Positions 27,673 to 37,343 of a DNA stretch of 64,000 nucleotides are shown here, piece by piece. The notes beneath the pieces were generated by a model, which searched no databases, was not told where the DNA came from, and was given only the letters and a program-made list of their open reading frames with translations. This DNA is from Candidatus Latescibacterota bacterium (GTDB lineage Bacteria > Latescibacterota > UBA2968 > UBA8231): the NCBI GenBank assembly GCA_965248355.1, contig OZ252098.1, positions 1,152,001 through 1,216,000 of the forward strand, written 5' to 3'. The position numbers were made by a program, and so were the translations under genes. The first letter of the stretch is position 1. Each line of letters opens with the position of its first letter.

Positions 27673-27700
27673 TGACATTAACCGGAACCGCCGCTAGCTT
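27672..27700 (+). promoter_or_regulatory. sigma70 promoter of metH
   Basis: TTGACA-17 nt-TAGCTT, about 55 nt upstream of the ATG. Confidence 0.7.
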
Positions 27701-27754
27701 CGACCGTCGGCTCAAGGTGGCAACCTCCTCTCCCCCAAGACCCTGGCTCACTTC

Positions 27755-30700
27755 ATGACGGCCCCATCAGGGACCACCCGGACGGACGCCGACCTCCACG
27801 GACTCCTGGCCGAGCGCATCCTCCTGCTCGACGGCGCCATGGCCACCCGGATCCAGGCTCTGGGGCTGACGGAGCAGGAGTTCCGGGGAGAGCGGTTCGC
27901 GGATCACCCCGCCGACCTGGCCGGTTGCAACGATCTGCTCTGCCTCACCCGGCCCGACGACGTGCGCCGCATCCACGCCGAGTACCTGGCGGCCGGCGCC
28001 GACCTCCTCACCACCAACACCTTCAACGCCACTCCCGTATCGCTGCAGGACTACGGGCTCGAAGGCCAGGTGGAAGAGATCAACGAGGCGGCGGCCCGGC
28101 TGGCGCGGCAGGCGGCCGCCGACGCCACCTCCAGGGATCCTTCCCGGCCTCGCTTCGTGGCCGGGTCGATCGGCCCCACGCGCACCACCCTCTCCCTGTC
28201 CCCCGACGTGGAGGATCCCGCCTTCCGGTCCCACGGCTTCGACGAGATCGCCGAGGGCTACCGCCTCCAGATCGAGGGCCTCGAGGCCGGGGGTGTCGAC
28301 GTGCTGCTGGCCGAGACCGTCTTCGACACCCTCACCCTGAAGGCCTGCCTCCACGCACTCCAGGACTTCTACGAGTCGGGCGGCCGGCGCCTGCCCCTGA
28401 TGATCTCGGTGACGGTCACGGACCGCAGCGGCCGCACCCTGTCCGGCCAGACCGTGGAGGCCTTCTGGCACTCGGTGGAGCAGGCGCCGGGGCTGCTCAG
28501 CATCGGCGTCAACTGCTCCCTCGGACCGGCCGATATGCGCGCCTACGTGGAGGAGCTGGCTCGACTCGCGCCGGTGTACGTCACCTGCCATCCGAACGCC
28601 GGGCTGCCGAACGAGCTCGGCCGCTACGAGGAGACCCCGGGCGAGGTCTCCTCCGTCCTCGGCCGGTTCGCGCGGGACGGTCTGCTCAACATGGTGGGCG
28701 GCTGCTGCGGAACAACGCCGAGGCACATCCGGGCCCTGGCCGAATCGGTGTCGGGGGTGGCCCCGCGGGAGCCGGCTGCGGCCATGGACCTCGCCCGCTA
28801 CAGCGGTCTGGAACCGCTGGTGGTTCACCGGGACTCGAGCTTCATCCTGGTCGGCGAACGGACCAACGTCACCGGCTCGCGCCGCTTCGCGCGCCTGCTC
28901 CGCGAGGGCGACTACGAAGGGGCCGTGGAGGTGGCGCGGCAGCAGGTCCAAGGCGGCGCCAACATCCTCGACGTGAACATGGACGAGGGGCTGCTCGACT
29001 CGGCCGCCATGATGCGGACCTTCCTGAACCGCATCGCCGGGGAGCCCGACATCGCCGCCCTGCCGGTGATGATCGACAGCTCCGACTTCGAGGTCATCGA
29101 GGCGGGCCTGCGCTGCGTGCAGGGCAAGGCGATCGTCAACTCCATCAGCCTGAAGGAGGGCGAGGAGGTCTTCCGCCGGCAGGCGCGCACCTGCCGGCGC
29201 TTCGGCGCCGCCGTGGTGGTCATGGCCTTCGACGAGCGCGGCCAGGCGGTCACCGTCGACCGCCGCCTCGAGATCTACGAACGGGCCTGGCGCATCCTCG
29301 TGGAGGAGGTCGGATTCGCCCCGGCCGACCTGATCTTCGATCCCAACATCCTCACCGTGGCCACGGGCATGGAGGAACACGACGAGTACGCCCGGGACTA
29401 CCTCGAATCCCTTCGCCGGCTGCGCCCTCTCTACCCCGGGGTCAAGCTGTCGGGGGGCGTGAGCAACGTCTCCTTCTCCTTCCGCGGCAACGACACCGTG
29501 CGCCGGGCCATGCACTCGGCCCTGCTCTTCCACGCGATCCGGGCGGGCCTGGACATGGGCATCGTCAACGCCGGCGAGCTGGTCCTGTACGAGGACATCC
29601 CCTCCGACTTGCTCGGGCTCGTGGAGGACGTGCTGCTGGCCCGGCGGTCCGACGCCACGGCCCGCCTGCTGGCCTTCGCCGCGGAGCTGAAGGAAGAAGG
29701 GGGCCCCCGCCCGGGGCCCGGGGAGGAAGCCTGGCGCCGGGAGCCGCTGGCGCAGCGCCTGGTCCACGCCCTGCTCCACGGACGCACGGAGTTCCTCGAG
29801 GAGGATCTCGAGGAGGCCCTGGACCGCTTCGACGAGCCCCTGAAGATCATCGAGGGGCCGCTCATGGACGGCATGAACCGCGTGGGAGACCTCTTCGGGG
29901 CGGGCAAGATGTTCCTGCCGCAGGTGGTCAAGTCGGCCCGGGTGATGAAGCAGGCCGTGGCCCGCCTGGAGCCCCTGATGGAAGACCCGCGGCGAAGCGG
30001 GCGGAAGGCCCCGAAGCGGCGCACGAAGATCGTGATGGCCACGGTCCGGGGAGACGTCCACGACATCGGCAAGAACATCGCCGGGGTCGTGCTGCGCTGT
30101 CACAACGTCGACGTCGTCGACCTGGGGGTGATGGTGCCGGCCGAGCGCATCCTCGACACGGCCCGGGACGAGGAGGCCGACCTGATCGGCCTCAGCGGCT
30201 TGATCACCCCCTCCCTCGACGAGATGGTCCACGTGGCCCGGGAGATGGAACGCAGGGGCTTCGAAGCTCCCCTGCTGATCGGCGGCGCCACCACGAGCCG
30301 CAAGCACACGGCGGTGAAGATCGCCCCCGCCTTCGGCGGCCCCACCCTGCACGTGGCCGATGCCTCGCGGGCCCCCGCCGTCGTCTCGGGGCTGGTCGGC
30401 CCCGAACGCCAGGCCCTCATCGAGGAGAACCGTTCCCGGCAGGCGAGGGCCCGCGCCGCCTTCGAGGCCGGTTCCGGTGGCGGCGACCTGGTCTCCATCG
30501 AGGAGGCCCGGGAGCGCCGCCTGCACCTCGATTTCGGAGCGGACGAGGTGGCGGTGCCGCGGTTCACGGGCCTGCGCACACTCGATCCGCCGGTGGAGGA
30601 GGTGGCCGGGTACATCGACTGGGGGCCCTTCTTCCACCTGTGGGACCTGCGCGGCCCCTATCCCGCCATCCTGGAGGCCGACGACGAGCGGGGAGAGCAG

Positions 30701-31489
30701 GCGCGGGTCCTGTTTCAGGACGCCCGCAGCCTCCTGCAGCGGGTGGCGGAGGAGTCCTGGCTGCGGACCCGGGCGATCTACGGCCTGTTCCGCGCCGCCT
30801 CCGATGGCGACGACGTCACCGTCTGCGCTGACGGAGAGACGTCGAGGTCCCGCTTCCGATTCTTGCGGCAGCAGCGGCGCAAGCGGAACGACGAGGCCCC
30901 CATGTACTGCCTGGCCGACTTCGTGGCGCCCGAGGGAGCGGCCCGGGACCATCTGGGCGCCTTCGCCGTCACCGCCGGAATCGGGGCGGCGGAGCGCGCC
31001 GCCCAGCTGGAGTCACAGCACGACGACTACTCGGCCATCCTCCTCAAAGCGCTGGCCGACCGCCTGGCGGAGGCCCTGGTCGAGATGGTCCACGAGCGGA
31101 TCCGCCGGGACTGGGGCTACGGATCGGCGGAGCGGCTGTCCAGGGAGGACCTGATCCGGCAGCGCTACCGGGGCATCCGCCCGGCGCCCGGATACCCCGC
31201 CTGTCCGGACCACACCGAGAAGCGCCTGCTCTTCGGGCTGCTGGACGCGGAGACCGCCACCGGCATCCGCCTCACCGAGACCTGCGCCATGATGCCCGCC
31301 GCCTCGGTCAGCGGCCTCTGTTTCCAGCATCCGGCCTCCCGCTACTTCGCGGTAGGCCCGGTAGGACGGGACCAGGTCGGCGACTACGCGGCCCGCAAGG
31401 GGATCTCGCGGTCGGAGGCCGAGACCTGGCTCGGTCCGAGCCTGGCCTACGATCCGGCGCGGATAGCCCCCGAAGGAGCCGGGAGATGA
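27755..31489 (+). CDS. metH: Cobalamin-dependent methionine synthase
   Basis: [61 protein letters not shown]; 1244 aa with all domains. Confidence 0.97.
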   Translation: MTAPSGTTRTDADLHGLLAERILLLDGAMATRIQALGLTEQEFRGERFADHPADLAGCNDLLCLTRPDDVRRIHAEYLAAGADLLTTNTFNATPVSLQDYGLEGQVEEINEAAARLARQAAADATSRDPSRPRFVAGSIGPTRTTLSLSPDVEDPAFRSHGFDEIAEGYRLQIEGLEAGGVDVLLAETVFDTLTLKACLHALQDFYESGGRRLPLMISVTVTDRSGRTLSGQTVEAFWHSVEQAPGLLSIGVNCSLGPADMRAYVEELARLAPVYVTCHPNAGLPNELGRYEETPGEVSSVLGRFARDGLLNMVGGCCGTTPRHIRALAESVSGVAPREPAAAMDLARYSGLEPLVVHRDSSFILVGERTNVTGSRRFARLLREGDYEGAVEVARQQVQGGANILDVNMDEGLLDSAAMMRTFLNRIAGEPDIAALPVMIDSSDFEVIEAGLRCVQGKAIVNSISLKEGEEVFRRQARTCRRFGAAVVVMAFDERGQAVTVDRRLEIYERAWRILVEEVGFAPADLIFDPNILTVATGMEEHDEYARDYLESLRRLRPLYPGVKLSGGVSNVSFSFRGNDTVRRAMHSALLFHAIRAGLDMGIVNAGELVLYEDIPSDLLGLVEDVLLARRSDATARLLAFAAELKEEGGPRPGPGEEAWRREPLAQRLVHALLHGRTEFLEEDLEEALDRFDEPLKIIEGPLMDGMNRVGDLFGAGKMFLPQVVKSARVMKQAVARLEPLMEDPRRSGRKAPKRRTKIVMATVRGDVHDIGKNIAGVVLRCHNVDVVDLGVMVPAERILDTARDEEADLIGLSGLITPSLDEMVHVAREMERRGFEAPLLIGGATTSRKHTAVKIAPAFGGPTLHVADASRAPAVVSGLVGPERQALIEENRSRQARARAAFEAGSGGGDLVSIEEARERRLHLDFGADEVAVPRFTGLRTLDPPVEEVAGYIDWGPFFHLWDLRGPYPAILEADDERGEQARVLFQDARSLLQRVAEESWLRTRAIYGLFRAASDGDDVTVCADGETSRSRFRFLRQQRRKRNDEAPMYCLADFVAPEGAARDHLGAFAVTAGIGAAERAAQLESQHDDYSAILLKALADRLAEALVEMVHERIRRDWGYGSAERLSREDLIRQRYRGIRPAPGYPACPDHTEKRLLFGLLDAETATGIRLTETCAMMPAASVSGLCFQHPASRYFAVGPVGRDQVGDYAARKGISRSEAETWLGPSLAYDPARIAPEGAGR

Positions 31490-31544
31490 GGGGCGGCGCT
31501 CCGCAGCGGGTGCCCGCGAGGGCTGGAGCGGTGCTGCTCGTCCG

Positions 31545-32408
31545 TCAGCCGCCAGGCCCCGGCGACCTCTTGAGCCACGCGGGCAGGCGAATCCCCTCCG
31601 ACAGCCGCCAGGCCGTCAGGTAGAGGGAGGCGGTGAAGGCCACCGCCCGCCGGCCGCGCTCCTCGGCGAAGGCCCGGGCCGGCGCCGATACCGGGTCGAG
31701 CCCCCCCGCCAGGTCGTAGACCCTGTCCACCTGCCCGTTGCTCTCCAGGACCTGATCGCGCACGGCGGCGAACAACTCCCCCTCCACGGGGGCCACCTGC
31801 ACTCCCTTGGCCAGCTCCCCGGCGGTCAGGCCGATGCGCTCGATGAGGGAATCGACCTTCTCGTGAATGCCGGCGCCGGTCCGCGAGCCGTCATCGCCGA
31901 CGCGGCCGTTGTAGTGGATGGTGGCGTGCAGGGGCTGGACGATGTCCTCGGCGTAGTGGGCGAGGAACCCGGCGTAGACCAGGCACTTGGCCTGGATCGC
32001 CTCGTTCTCCGGCCACTTGCGGTGCTCGGCGAAGGCCACGGCGAGGCGCTCGGCGTACTCGGTGACGGCGTAGGGGGCGAAGCCGACCTCTTCGGGGGCG
32101 ATGTCGAGAGTGTCGCAGAGGGCGACGAAGTCGTAGCGCTGGTCGGGCAGCTCCTGGCCCTGCAACAGCTCGATGTCGGCGAAGTGCTCGGGGAACTCCC
32201 CGTGCCGGACGTGCGGGGCGCCCCGGTTCTTGGCGATGTCGGGGTCGAAGGAGAGGTGGGCGGCCATCGGGCCGCCGGACCGGAAGAAGGCGGGCACCTC
32301 CCCGGGCAGGACCAGGACCGAGGCCCGCGTCAGCAGGGCGTGGGTGTCCCCCCACCAGGCCGCCGCCGGCTGCGCCAGGGCCAGTCCGGCCACGACCACC
32401 GAGGCCAC
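31545..32408 (-). CDS. Secreted S1/P1 nuclease / zinc phospholipase C-like protein
   Basis: Signal peptide ending AAA then W-W-G-D-T-H; PD, EHFAD, HYAED..QPLH, GIHEKVD match the tri-zinc ligand pattern. Start uncertain. Confidence 0.75.
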   Translation of the reverse strand: MASVVVAGLALAQPAAAWWGDTHALLTRASVLVLPGEVPAFFRSGGPMAAHLSFDPDIAKNRGAPHVRHGEFPEHFADIELLQGQELPDQRYDFVALCDTLDIAPEEVGFAPYAVTEYAERLAVAFAEHRKWPENEAIQAKCLVYAGFLAHYAEDIVQPLHATIHYNGRVGDDGSRTGAGIHEKVDSLIERIGLTAGELAKGVQVAPVEGELFAAVRDQVLESNGQVDRVYDLAGGLDPVSAPARAFAEERGRRAVAFTASLYLTAWRLSEGIRLPAWLKRSPGPGG

Positions 32409-32452
32409 GGACCAGGAGGCGGGACCCCTCCGCCGGCCCGTCCGGCCCTGCG

Positions 32453-32480
32453 TTGACACTCTTCGAGTGCTCCCTATAGT
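32453..32480 (+). promoter_or_regulatory. sigma70 promoter of the peroxiredoxin gene, with an internal inverted repeat
   Basis: TTGACA-16 nt-TATAGT; CACTC-TTC-GAGTG lies in the spacer; AGGAGG RBS downstream. Confidence 0.55.
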
Positions 32481-32526
32481 AGAATTCATCGAACCTTCAT
32501 CCTTTTGCCAGGAGGAGCAATACACC

Positions 32527-33162
32527 ATGGCGATTCGATTGGGCGACGAAGCGCCCGACTTCAGCGCCGAGACCACGGAGGGAACGATCTCCTTCCACGA
32601 GTGGATCGGGGACGGCTGGGCCGTCCTGTTCTCACACCCCGCCGACTTCACCCCGGTATGCACGACCGAGCTGGGCACGGTGGCCAAGCTGAAATCCGAG
32701 TTCGACAGGCGCAACGTCAAGATCATCGGGCTCAGCGTCGACCCCGTCGATTCCCACGGCCGCTGGATCGGGGACATCAACGAGACCCAGAACACGACCG
32801 TCAACTTTCCCCTGATCGCCGATCCGGATCGAGAGGTCTCCAACCTCTACGATATGATCCACCCGAACGCGCTCGACAACCTGACGGTGCGCTCCGTGTT
32901 CGTCATCGGCCCCGACAAGAAGGTCAAGCTCACCCTGACCTACCCCGCCTCGACCGGCCGCAACTTCGACGAGATCCTGCGCGTGATCGACTCCCTGCAG
33001 CTGACCGCCAAACACTCGGTGGCCACGCCGGCCAACTGGACGGACGGTGAGGACTGCATCATCGTGCCGGCCGTAAGCGACGAGGATGCCAGGAGCATGT
33101 TCCCGAAGGGCTTCGACGCGGTGAAGCCCTACCTGCGGATCACGCCCCAGCCGAACCGGTAG
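32527..33162 (+). CDS. 1-Cys peroxiredoxin (Prx6)
   Basis: LFSHPADFTPVCTTELG, TVRSVFVIGPD, YPASTGRNFDEILRVIDSLQL, ATPANW. Confidence 0.95.
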   Translation: MAIRLGDEAPDFSAETTEGTISFHEWIGDGWAVLFSHPADFTPVCTTELGTVAKLKSEFDRRNVKIIGLSVDPVDSHGRWIGDINETQNTTVNFPLIADPDREVSNLYDMIHPNALDNLTVRSVFVIGPDKKVKLTLTYPASTGRNFDEILRVIDSLQLTAKHSVATPANWTDGEDCIIVPAVSDEDARSMFPKGFDAVKPYLRITPQPNR

Positions 33163-33211
33163 TACCACCCGGCTCGCACCACCGTCCCCGGAGGAGCGGG
33201 AGGAGGCGGCC

Positions 33212-33679
33212 TCAGAACGGCAGGCCGTCGTCCTCCAGCGCTCCGGGGGGCTGGGCCGTCGTTTCGGGTTCCTCCGCCTCGTCGCGCCCGTAGAGGAGAT
33301 CGAGCTCGCCGGGCCCCCCGGCGCCGTCGACCAACCGGATGTCGGTGACGACGATTTCGGTCACGCTTTGCCGGTGGCCGTGGTGATCCTCCCACCTCCG
33401 GGTCTGCAGGCGTCCCTCGACGTAGACCCGGGTCCCCTTGCACAGATGCTGGCTGGCGACCTCCGCCAACCGGCGCCAGAACACGAGCCGGTGCCATTCC
33501 GTGCGCCGGCGGCGGCCGCCCTTGCGGTCGGTCCAGGTCTCGTCGGTGGCGAGACGGGCGGTGGTCACCCGGGTCCCGGAGGGGGTGAACCGGGTCTCCG
33601 GGACGTCACCGAGGTTGCCCGCGAGAGTCACCTTGTTGAGGCACTTGCCCGGCGCCGTACGGGACAGGAGATCAGACAT
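33212..33679 (-). CDS. ssb: Single-stranded DNA-binding protein
   Basis: LNKVTLAGNLG, TEWHRLVFW, KG.RVYVEGRLQTR.W, acidic tail DDGLPF. Confidence 0.92.
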   Translation of the reverse strand: MSDLLSRTAPGKCLNKVTLAGNLGDVPETRFTPSGTRVTTARLATDETWTDRKGGRRRRTEWHRLVFWRRLAEVASQHLCKGTRVYVEGRLQTRRWEDHHGHRQSVTEIVVTDIRLVDGAGGPGELDLLYGRDEAEEPETTAQPPGALEDDGLPF

Positions 33680-33854
33680 CGTCCCTGTCCGGCCGCGTCC
33701 GGCGCTTGCGCCGCGCCTGCGGTGTCTCGATGCCGTAGCGGCGGCACAGACGGCCGAAACTCCCCGGAGCGATGCCGAGGGCCTGGCCGGCGTCGCGGTT
33801 GCTGGCGTAGATCCGCGCGGCCCTCTCGATCCGCTCTCGGTCGAACTGCTCCAT
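33672..33854 (-). CDS. Small basic helix-turn-helix-like protein (60 aa)
   Basis: Strong RBS (AGGAGGT); Fis-like pattern NRDAGQALGIAPGSFGRLCRRYGI; overlaps the ssb start by 8 nt. Confidence 0.7.
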   Translation of the reverse strand: MEQFDRERIERAARIYASNRDAGQALGIAPGSFGRLCRRYGIETPQARRKRRTRPDRDDV

Positions 33855-33910
33855 GACTCGGAACCTCCTGGGATGGGGCTGACGTATCGGCGGGCCCTGT
33901 GGTGAACATC

Positions 33911-33939
33911 AGTATACTATTCATATGTGCATGTGTCAA
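33911..33939 (-). promoter_or_regulatory. Near-consensus sigma70 promoter of the HTH-ssb operon, overlapped by possible operator boxes
   Basis: Minus strand TTGACA-17 nt-TATACT in an AT-rich island. Confidence 0.75.
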
Positions 33940-35105
33940 CCCCCGCTCCCCGATCCCCGGTCCTGCTCCCCGAGATCCTCCAGCACCGAGAGCACCCGCT
34001 CGATGTCGGAGGTGCCGTTGTGGACGTGGCCCGAGATGCGCACGCGGCCGTACTCTCCCCAGACCAGGACGCCCCGGTCCGCGAGCCGCCGGGACAGTCC
34101 CGCGGCATCCTCTTCCAGGAAGCAGGTGTTGCCCGAGCGCGCCTCCCTCCGGGAGGGGGAGATCACGGTCCGGCCCAGGGAGCGCAGACCCGCGTCGACC
34201 GCTTCCGAGAGGTCGCGGGCATGATCCTGGACCGCTTCCAAGCCAATCTCCTCCAGACGGGCCAACGCCTTCTCCAGAAACATGATAACGACCATGGCAG
34301 GATTTCCCGGCTCAAGTCGCTCGGGCATGGGCCGCACCGCCACCTCCGGAGTCCGGACGGCTCCCTGAGCCGGCCAGACGGCCAGGTTGCGCCAGCCGAA
34401 GCAGCTGTCCCGGACGGCCTCGCCGGCTCGTTCGCCGAGGTAGCAGGGCGCCGTGCCGTGGGTGGCCAGCATCCACTTGTAGCTGCTGCTCACGCACAGG
34501 TCGGTGACCGCCGCGGGGACCTTGACGACGCCGGAGGAATGGGTGGCGTCGACGGCCAGCAGGCACCCGGGATGGGCGGCCAGACCTTGCGCCAGGGACT
34601 CGATATCGAGGTTCTGCCCCGTATAGAAGCCCACCTGGCTCACGGCGAGGACGCGGGTCCGGTCGTCGACCGCGGCCAGCAGCTCCTCCTCGGCCACGTT
34701 CCAGTCCCGGTGCGGTACCATCCGCACCTCCACTCCAAGGTCGGCGATGCTTCGCCACGCATAGGCCACGGAAGGGAACTCGAGGTCATCGGTGACGACG
34801 TTGTCGCCGGGCCGCCAGTCCAGGCCCCGGGCCAGCCATCCCATGCCCTCGGCCGCCGAGGGGACGAAGGCCACGCGGTCATGCGGCACGCCCCACAGCC
34901 GCGCCACCCGGCCGCGGCAGCTCTCGCCCCGGCGGTAGATCTCGTCGCGTCCGGCGAGTCCACCGCTCTTGAGGCGGGCGAACTCCCCGTAGACCTGGTC
35001 GAACTCCTTCAACCACGGCGCTTCCCCGCCCGTGCACAGGTGCGCGATCCCCTCCATGCCGGTGAACAGGGCCGGGTCGAGCAGCGGTGCGATCTCACGT
35101 GTCAT
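33936..35105 (-). CDS. Class V PLP-dependent aminotransferase (cysteine desulfurase/isopenicillin N epimerase-like)
   Basis: GDNVV..LEFPSV, VDATH, SSYKWMLA (PLP lysine), RLEPGNP, RVRIS.H.HN. Confidence 0.88.
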   Translation of the reverse strand: MTREIAPLLDPALFTGMEGIAHLCTGGEAPWLKEFDQVYGEFARLKSGGLAGRDEIYRRGESCRGRVARLWGVPHDRVAFVPSAAEGMGWLARGLDWRPGDNVVTDDLEFPSVAYAWRSIADLGVEVRMVPHRDWNVAEEELLAAVDDRTRVLAVSQVGFYTGQNLDIESLAQGLAAHPGCLLAVDATHSSGVVKVPAAVTDLCVSSSYKWMLATHGTAPCYLGERAGEAVRDSCFGWRNLAVWPAQGAVRTPEVAVRPMPERLEPGNPAMVVIMFLEKALARLEEIGLEAVQDHARDLSEAVDAGLRSLGRTVISPSRREARSGNTCFLEEDAAGLSRRLADRGVLVWGEYGRVRISGHVHNGTSDIERVLSVLEDLGEQDRGSGSGG

Positions 35106-37219
35106 GGCTTCTCCCTCTCCTCGTCGACGGCGACCCGGGCCTCGGAGCGCGCCGCCTCGAGGAGATCCTCGTCGCGCACCAGATGAGCCACCCGAAGCTC
35201 CGGCATCCCCGCCTGTCTCGTCCCCATCATCTCCCCCGGTCCACGTATCTCCATATCCTTGCGTGCCAGTTCAAAACCATCCATGGATTCACACAATGAA
35301 TCAAGTCGGGTCCGAGCCGGGCCGTCGGCATCTTCGGCGTGGGCCACGAGGATGCAATAGGCCGCCAGCCTACCCCGGCCGACCCGGCCGCGAAGCTGGT
35401 GCAGCTGCGCAAGCCCGAAGCGCTCGGCGTGCTCCACGACCATCACCGTGGCGTTGGGGACGTCGACCCCCACCTCGATGACCGTGGTCGCCACCAGGAC
35501 GTCGATCTGTCCGCAGGCGAAGCGGGCCATGATGCCGGTCTTCTCCTCGGCCGGCAGGCGGCCGTGAAGCAGCTCGACCCGCAACTCCTTCAGCGGTCCC
35601 CGGACGAGCTCCTCGTAACCGGCCCGGGCCGAGCTCAGATCGGAGCGCTCCGAGTCCTCGATGACCGGGTAGACCACGTAGGCCTGCCGCCCCGAGGCCA
35701 CCTCGTCGACGACGAAGGCCAGGATCCGTTCCCGGTGGGAGGGATCCCGGAGGACGGTCCGCACCGCCTGGCGGCCCGGCGGCATCTCGTCGATGACGGA
35801 CACGGCCAGGTCTCCGTAGAGGGTCATGGCCAGCGAGCGCGGAATCGGTGTGGCCGTCATGATCAGCAGATCGATCCCCTCCCCCTTGGCCGACAGGCGG
35901 GTGCGCTGGGCCACGCCGAACCGATGCTGCTCGTCCACCACCGCCAGGCCGAGCCGGGCAAAGGAGACGCCTTCCTCGATCAGGGCGTGGGTGCCGACGG
36001 CGACGCGGATCGTACCGCTGGCCAGCCCCGTCAGGATCTCCCGGCGAACCACCGCCCGAAGGCCGCCCTTGAGGAGGGCGATATCCTCGACCCCGACCGG
36101 CGCGGCCAGCCGGCGCAGACTGTGGAAGTGCTGCTCCGCGAGGATCTCGGTGGGCGCCATCAGGGCTACCTGAAAACCGCTCTCCACGGCTTGCAGGGCC
36201 GCGCACAGGGCGACGAGGGTCTTGCCCGAGCCCACGTCGCCGTGCAGGAGGCGGCGCATGGGACGGGGACGTGCCATGTCGGCGCCGATCTCTTCGATCA
36301 CGCGCAGCTGGGCCCGGGTGGGCTCGAAGGGCATGGCGGCGAGAAGGCGCGGCACAAGGTCGCGGCTGGCGGGGGTGGCGAGGCCCGGCCGGTCGTCCAG
36401 CCGGCGCCGGCGGCGCTCCAGCTCGCGCTGGAGCAGGTAGAGCTCCTCGAAGGCGAGGCGGCGCCGGGCCCGCTCCGCGGCCTCGACGTGGGCCGGGAAG
36501 TGGGCGTCCTGCAGGGCCGGCCCGAGGCCGATCAGCCCGTGCCGTTCTTCCCCTCCCGGGGGCAGCTGCGTGCGTACGGCGGGCACCGAACTCGCCAGGG
36601 CGCCCCGCATGAGGCGGCGGAAACCGCGGCTGCCCAGTCCGCGCTCCTTCATCTGCGCGCTCGAGCCGTAGAGGGGCACGACGGCCCCGGTGTGGAGGAG
36701 TCCGTCCAGTCCGGACCCGGCGTCCGAGAGGTGCTCGTACTCGGGGTGGCTCACCTGGCGCTGGCCGCGGTAGAGCTCGACCCGTCCGCTGAGGGCCAGC
36801 ACGTCTCCGGCCTCGAAGGTGTGCCACCGGGCGCCCTGGAACCAGACGCATCGCAGGCGGCCGGTCCCGTCCTCGACCTCCACACTGTGCGGGGCCGATC
36901 GCCTTCCGCCGCGGACGGGGGGCGGCCGGGCAACGGACCGAACGGTGCCGACGAGGGTGACTTCCTCCCCCATGGGGGCCTCGGCGATGGAGACGATCCG
37001 GCTGCGGTCGAGGTAGCGCCGGGGCAGCCGGGCCAGCAGGTCGGCGACCGTGGCCAGGCCCTCCTTCCGCAGGGCCTGCGCCCGGCGGCGGCCGATGCCG
37101 GGCACCTCTTCGATCGGGGCTCGCGCCGGCTCACCGTCGAGCAGGGGCAGGGCCGGGGCCACGCCGGTCACCGCCTCGGCCCGCTCCGCGGCCGGCCGGT
37201 GACCGCTACGAGGGGACAC
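35102..37219 (-). CDS. recG: ATP-dependent DNA helicase RecG
   Basis: PRRYLDR, RRLAFEE, RLLHGDVGSGKT, MAPTEILAEQH, VDEQHRFG, MTATPIPR, QLHQLRGRVGRG, RGPGE. Start could be 37171. Confidence 0.96.
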   Translation of the reverse strand: MSPRSGHRPAAERAEAVTGVAPALPLLDGEPARAPIEEVPGIGRRRAQALRKEGLATVADLLARLPRRYLDRSRIVSIAEAPMGEEVTLVGTVRSVARPPPVRGGRRSAPHSVEVEDGTGRLRCVWFQGARWHTFEAGDVLALSGRVELYRGQRQVSHPEYEHLSDAGSGLDGLLHTGAVVPLYGSSAQMKERGLGSRGFRRLMRGALASSVPAVRTQLPPGGEERHGLIGLGPALQDAHFPAHVEAAERARRRLAFEELYLLQRELERRRRRLDDRPGLATPASRDLVPRLLAAMPFEPTRAQLRVIEEIGADMARPRPMRRLLHGDVGSGKTLVALCAALQAVESGFQVALMAPTEILAEQHFHSLRRLAAPVGVEDIALLKGGLRAVVRREILTGLASGTIRVAVGTHALIEEGVSFARLGLAVVDEQHRFGVAQRTRLSAKGEGIDLLIMTATPIPRSLAMTLYGDLAVSVIDEMPPGRQAVRTVLRDPSHRERILAFVVDEVASGRQAYVVYPVIEDSERSDLSSARAGYEELVRGPLKELRVELLHGRLPAEEKTGIMARFACGQIDVLVATTVIEVGVDVPNATVMVVEHAERFGLAQLHQLRGRVGRGRLAAYCILVAHAEDADGPARTRLDSLCESMDGFELARKDMEIRGPGEMMGTRQAGMPELRVAHLVRDEDLLEAARSEARVAVDEEREKP

Positions 37220-37259
37220 GCGGCCCGAAGGGGTGGATCATCCGGTGGTTCCCCCATGG

Positions 37260-37289
37260 TTGACGCCCCCGGAGCCGAGCCGGTAGACT
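37260..37289 (+). promoter_or_regulatory. Putative sigma70 promoter
   Basis: TTGACG-18 nt-TAGACT upstream of the 37344 ORF. Confidence 0.4.
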
Positions 37290-37343
37290 TGAAGCCATTC
37301 CCTCCCCAGGCCCTCCCCCGCCCTTTCCGCACGCGCGGTCAAT

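Noticed and set aside
27564..27754. SAM or cobalamin riboswitch upstream of metH
   Set aside because: The predicted promoter leaves only ~50 nt of leader, and no conserved riboswitch cores were recognised.
32453..32473. CIRCE (HrcA) element
   Set aside because: Half-sites are imperfect and the spacer is 3 nt instead of 9; kept only as a generic inverted repeat.
33901..33928. Possible dif (XerC/D) site GGTGAACATCA-GTATAC-TATTCATATGT
   Set aside because: The left arm partly resembles the XerC arm, but the right arm matches the conserved XerD arm TTATGTTAAAT poorly. The sequence is better explained as a sigma70 promoter.
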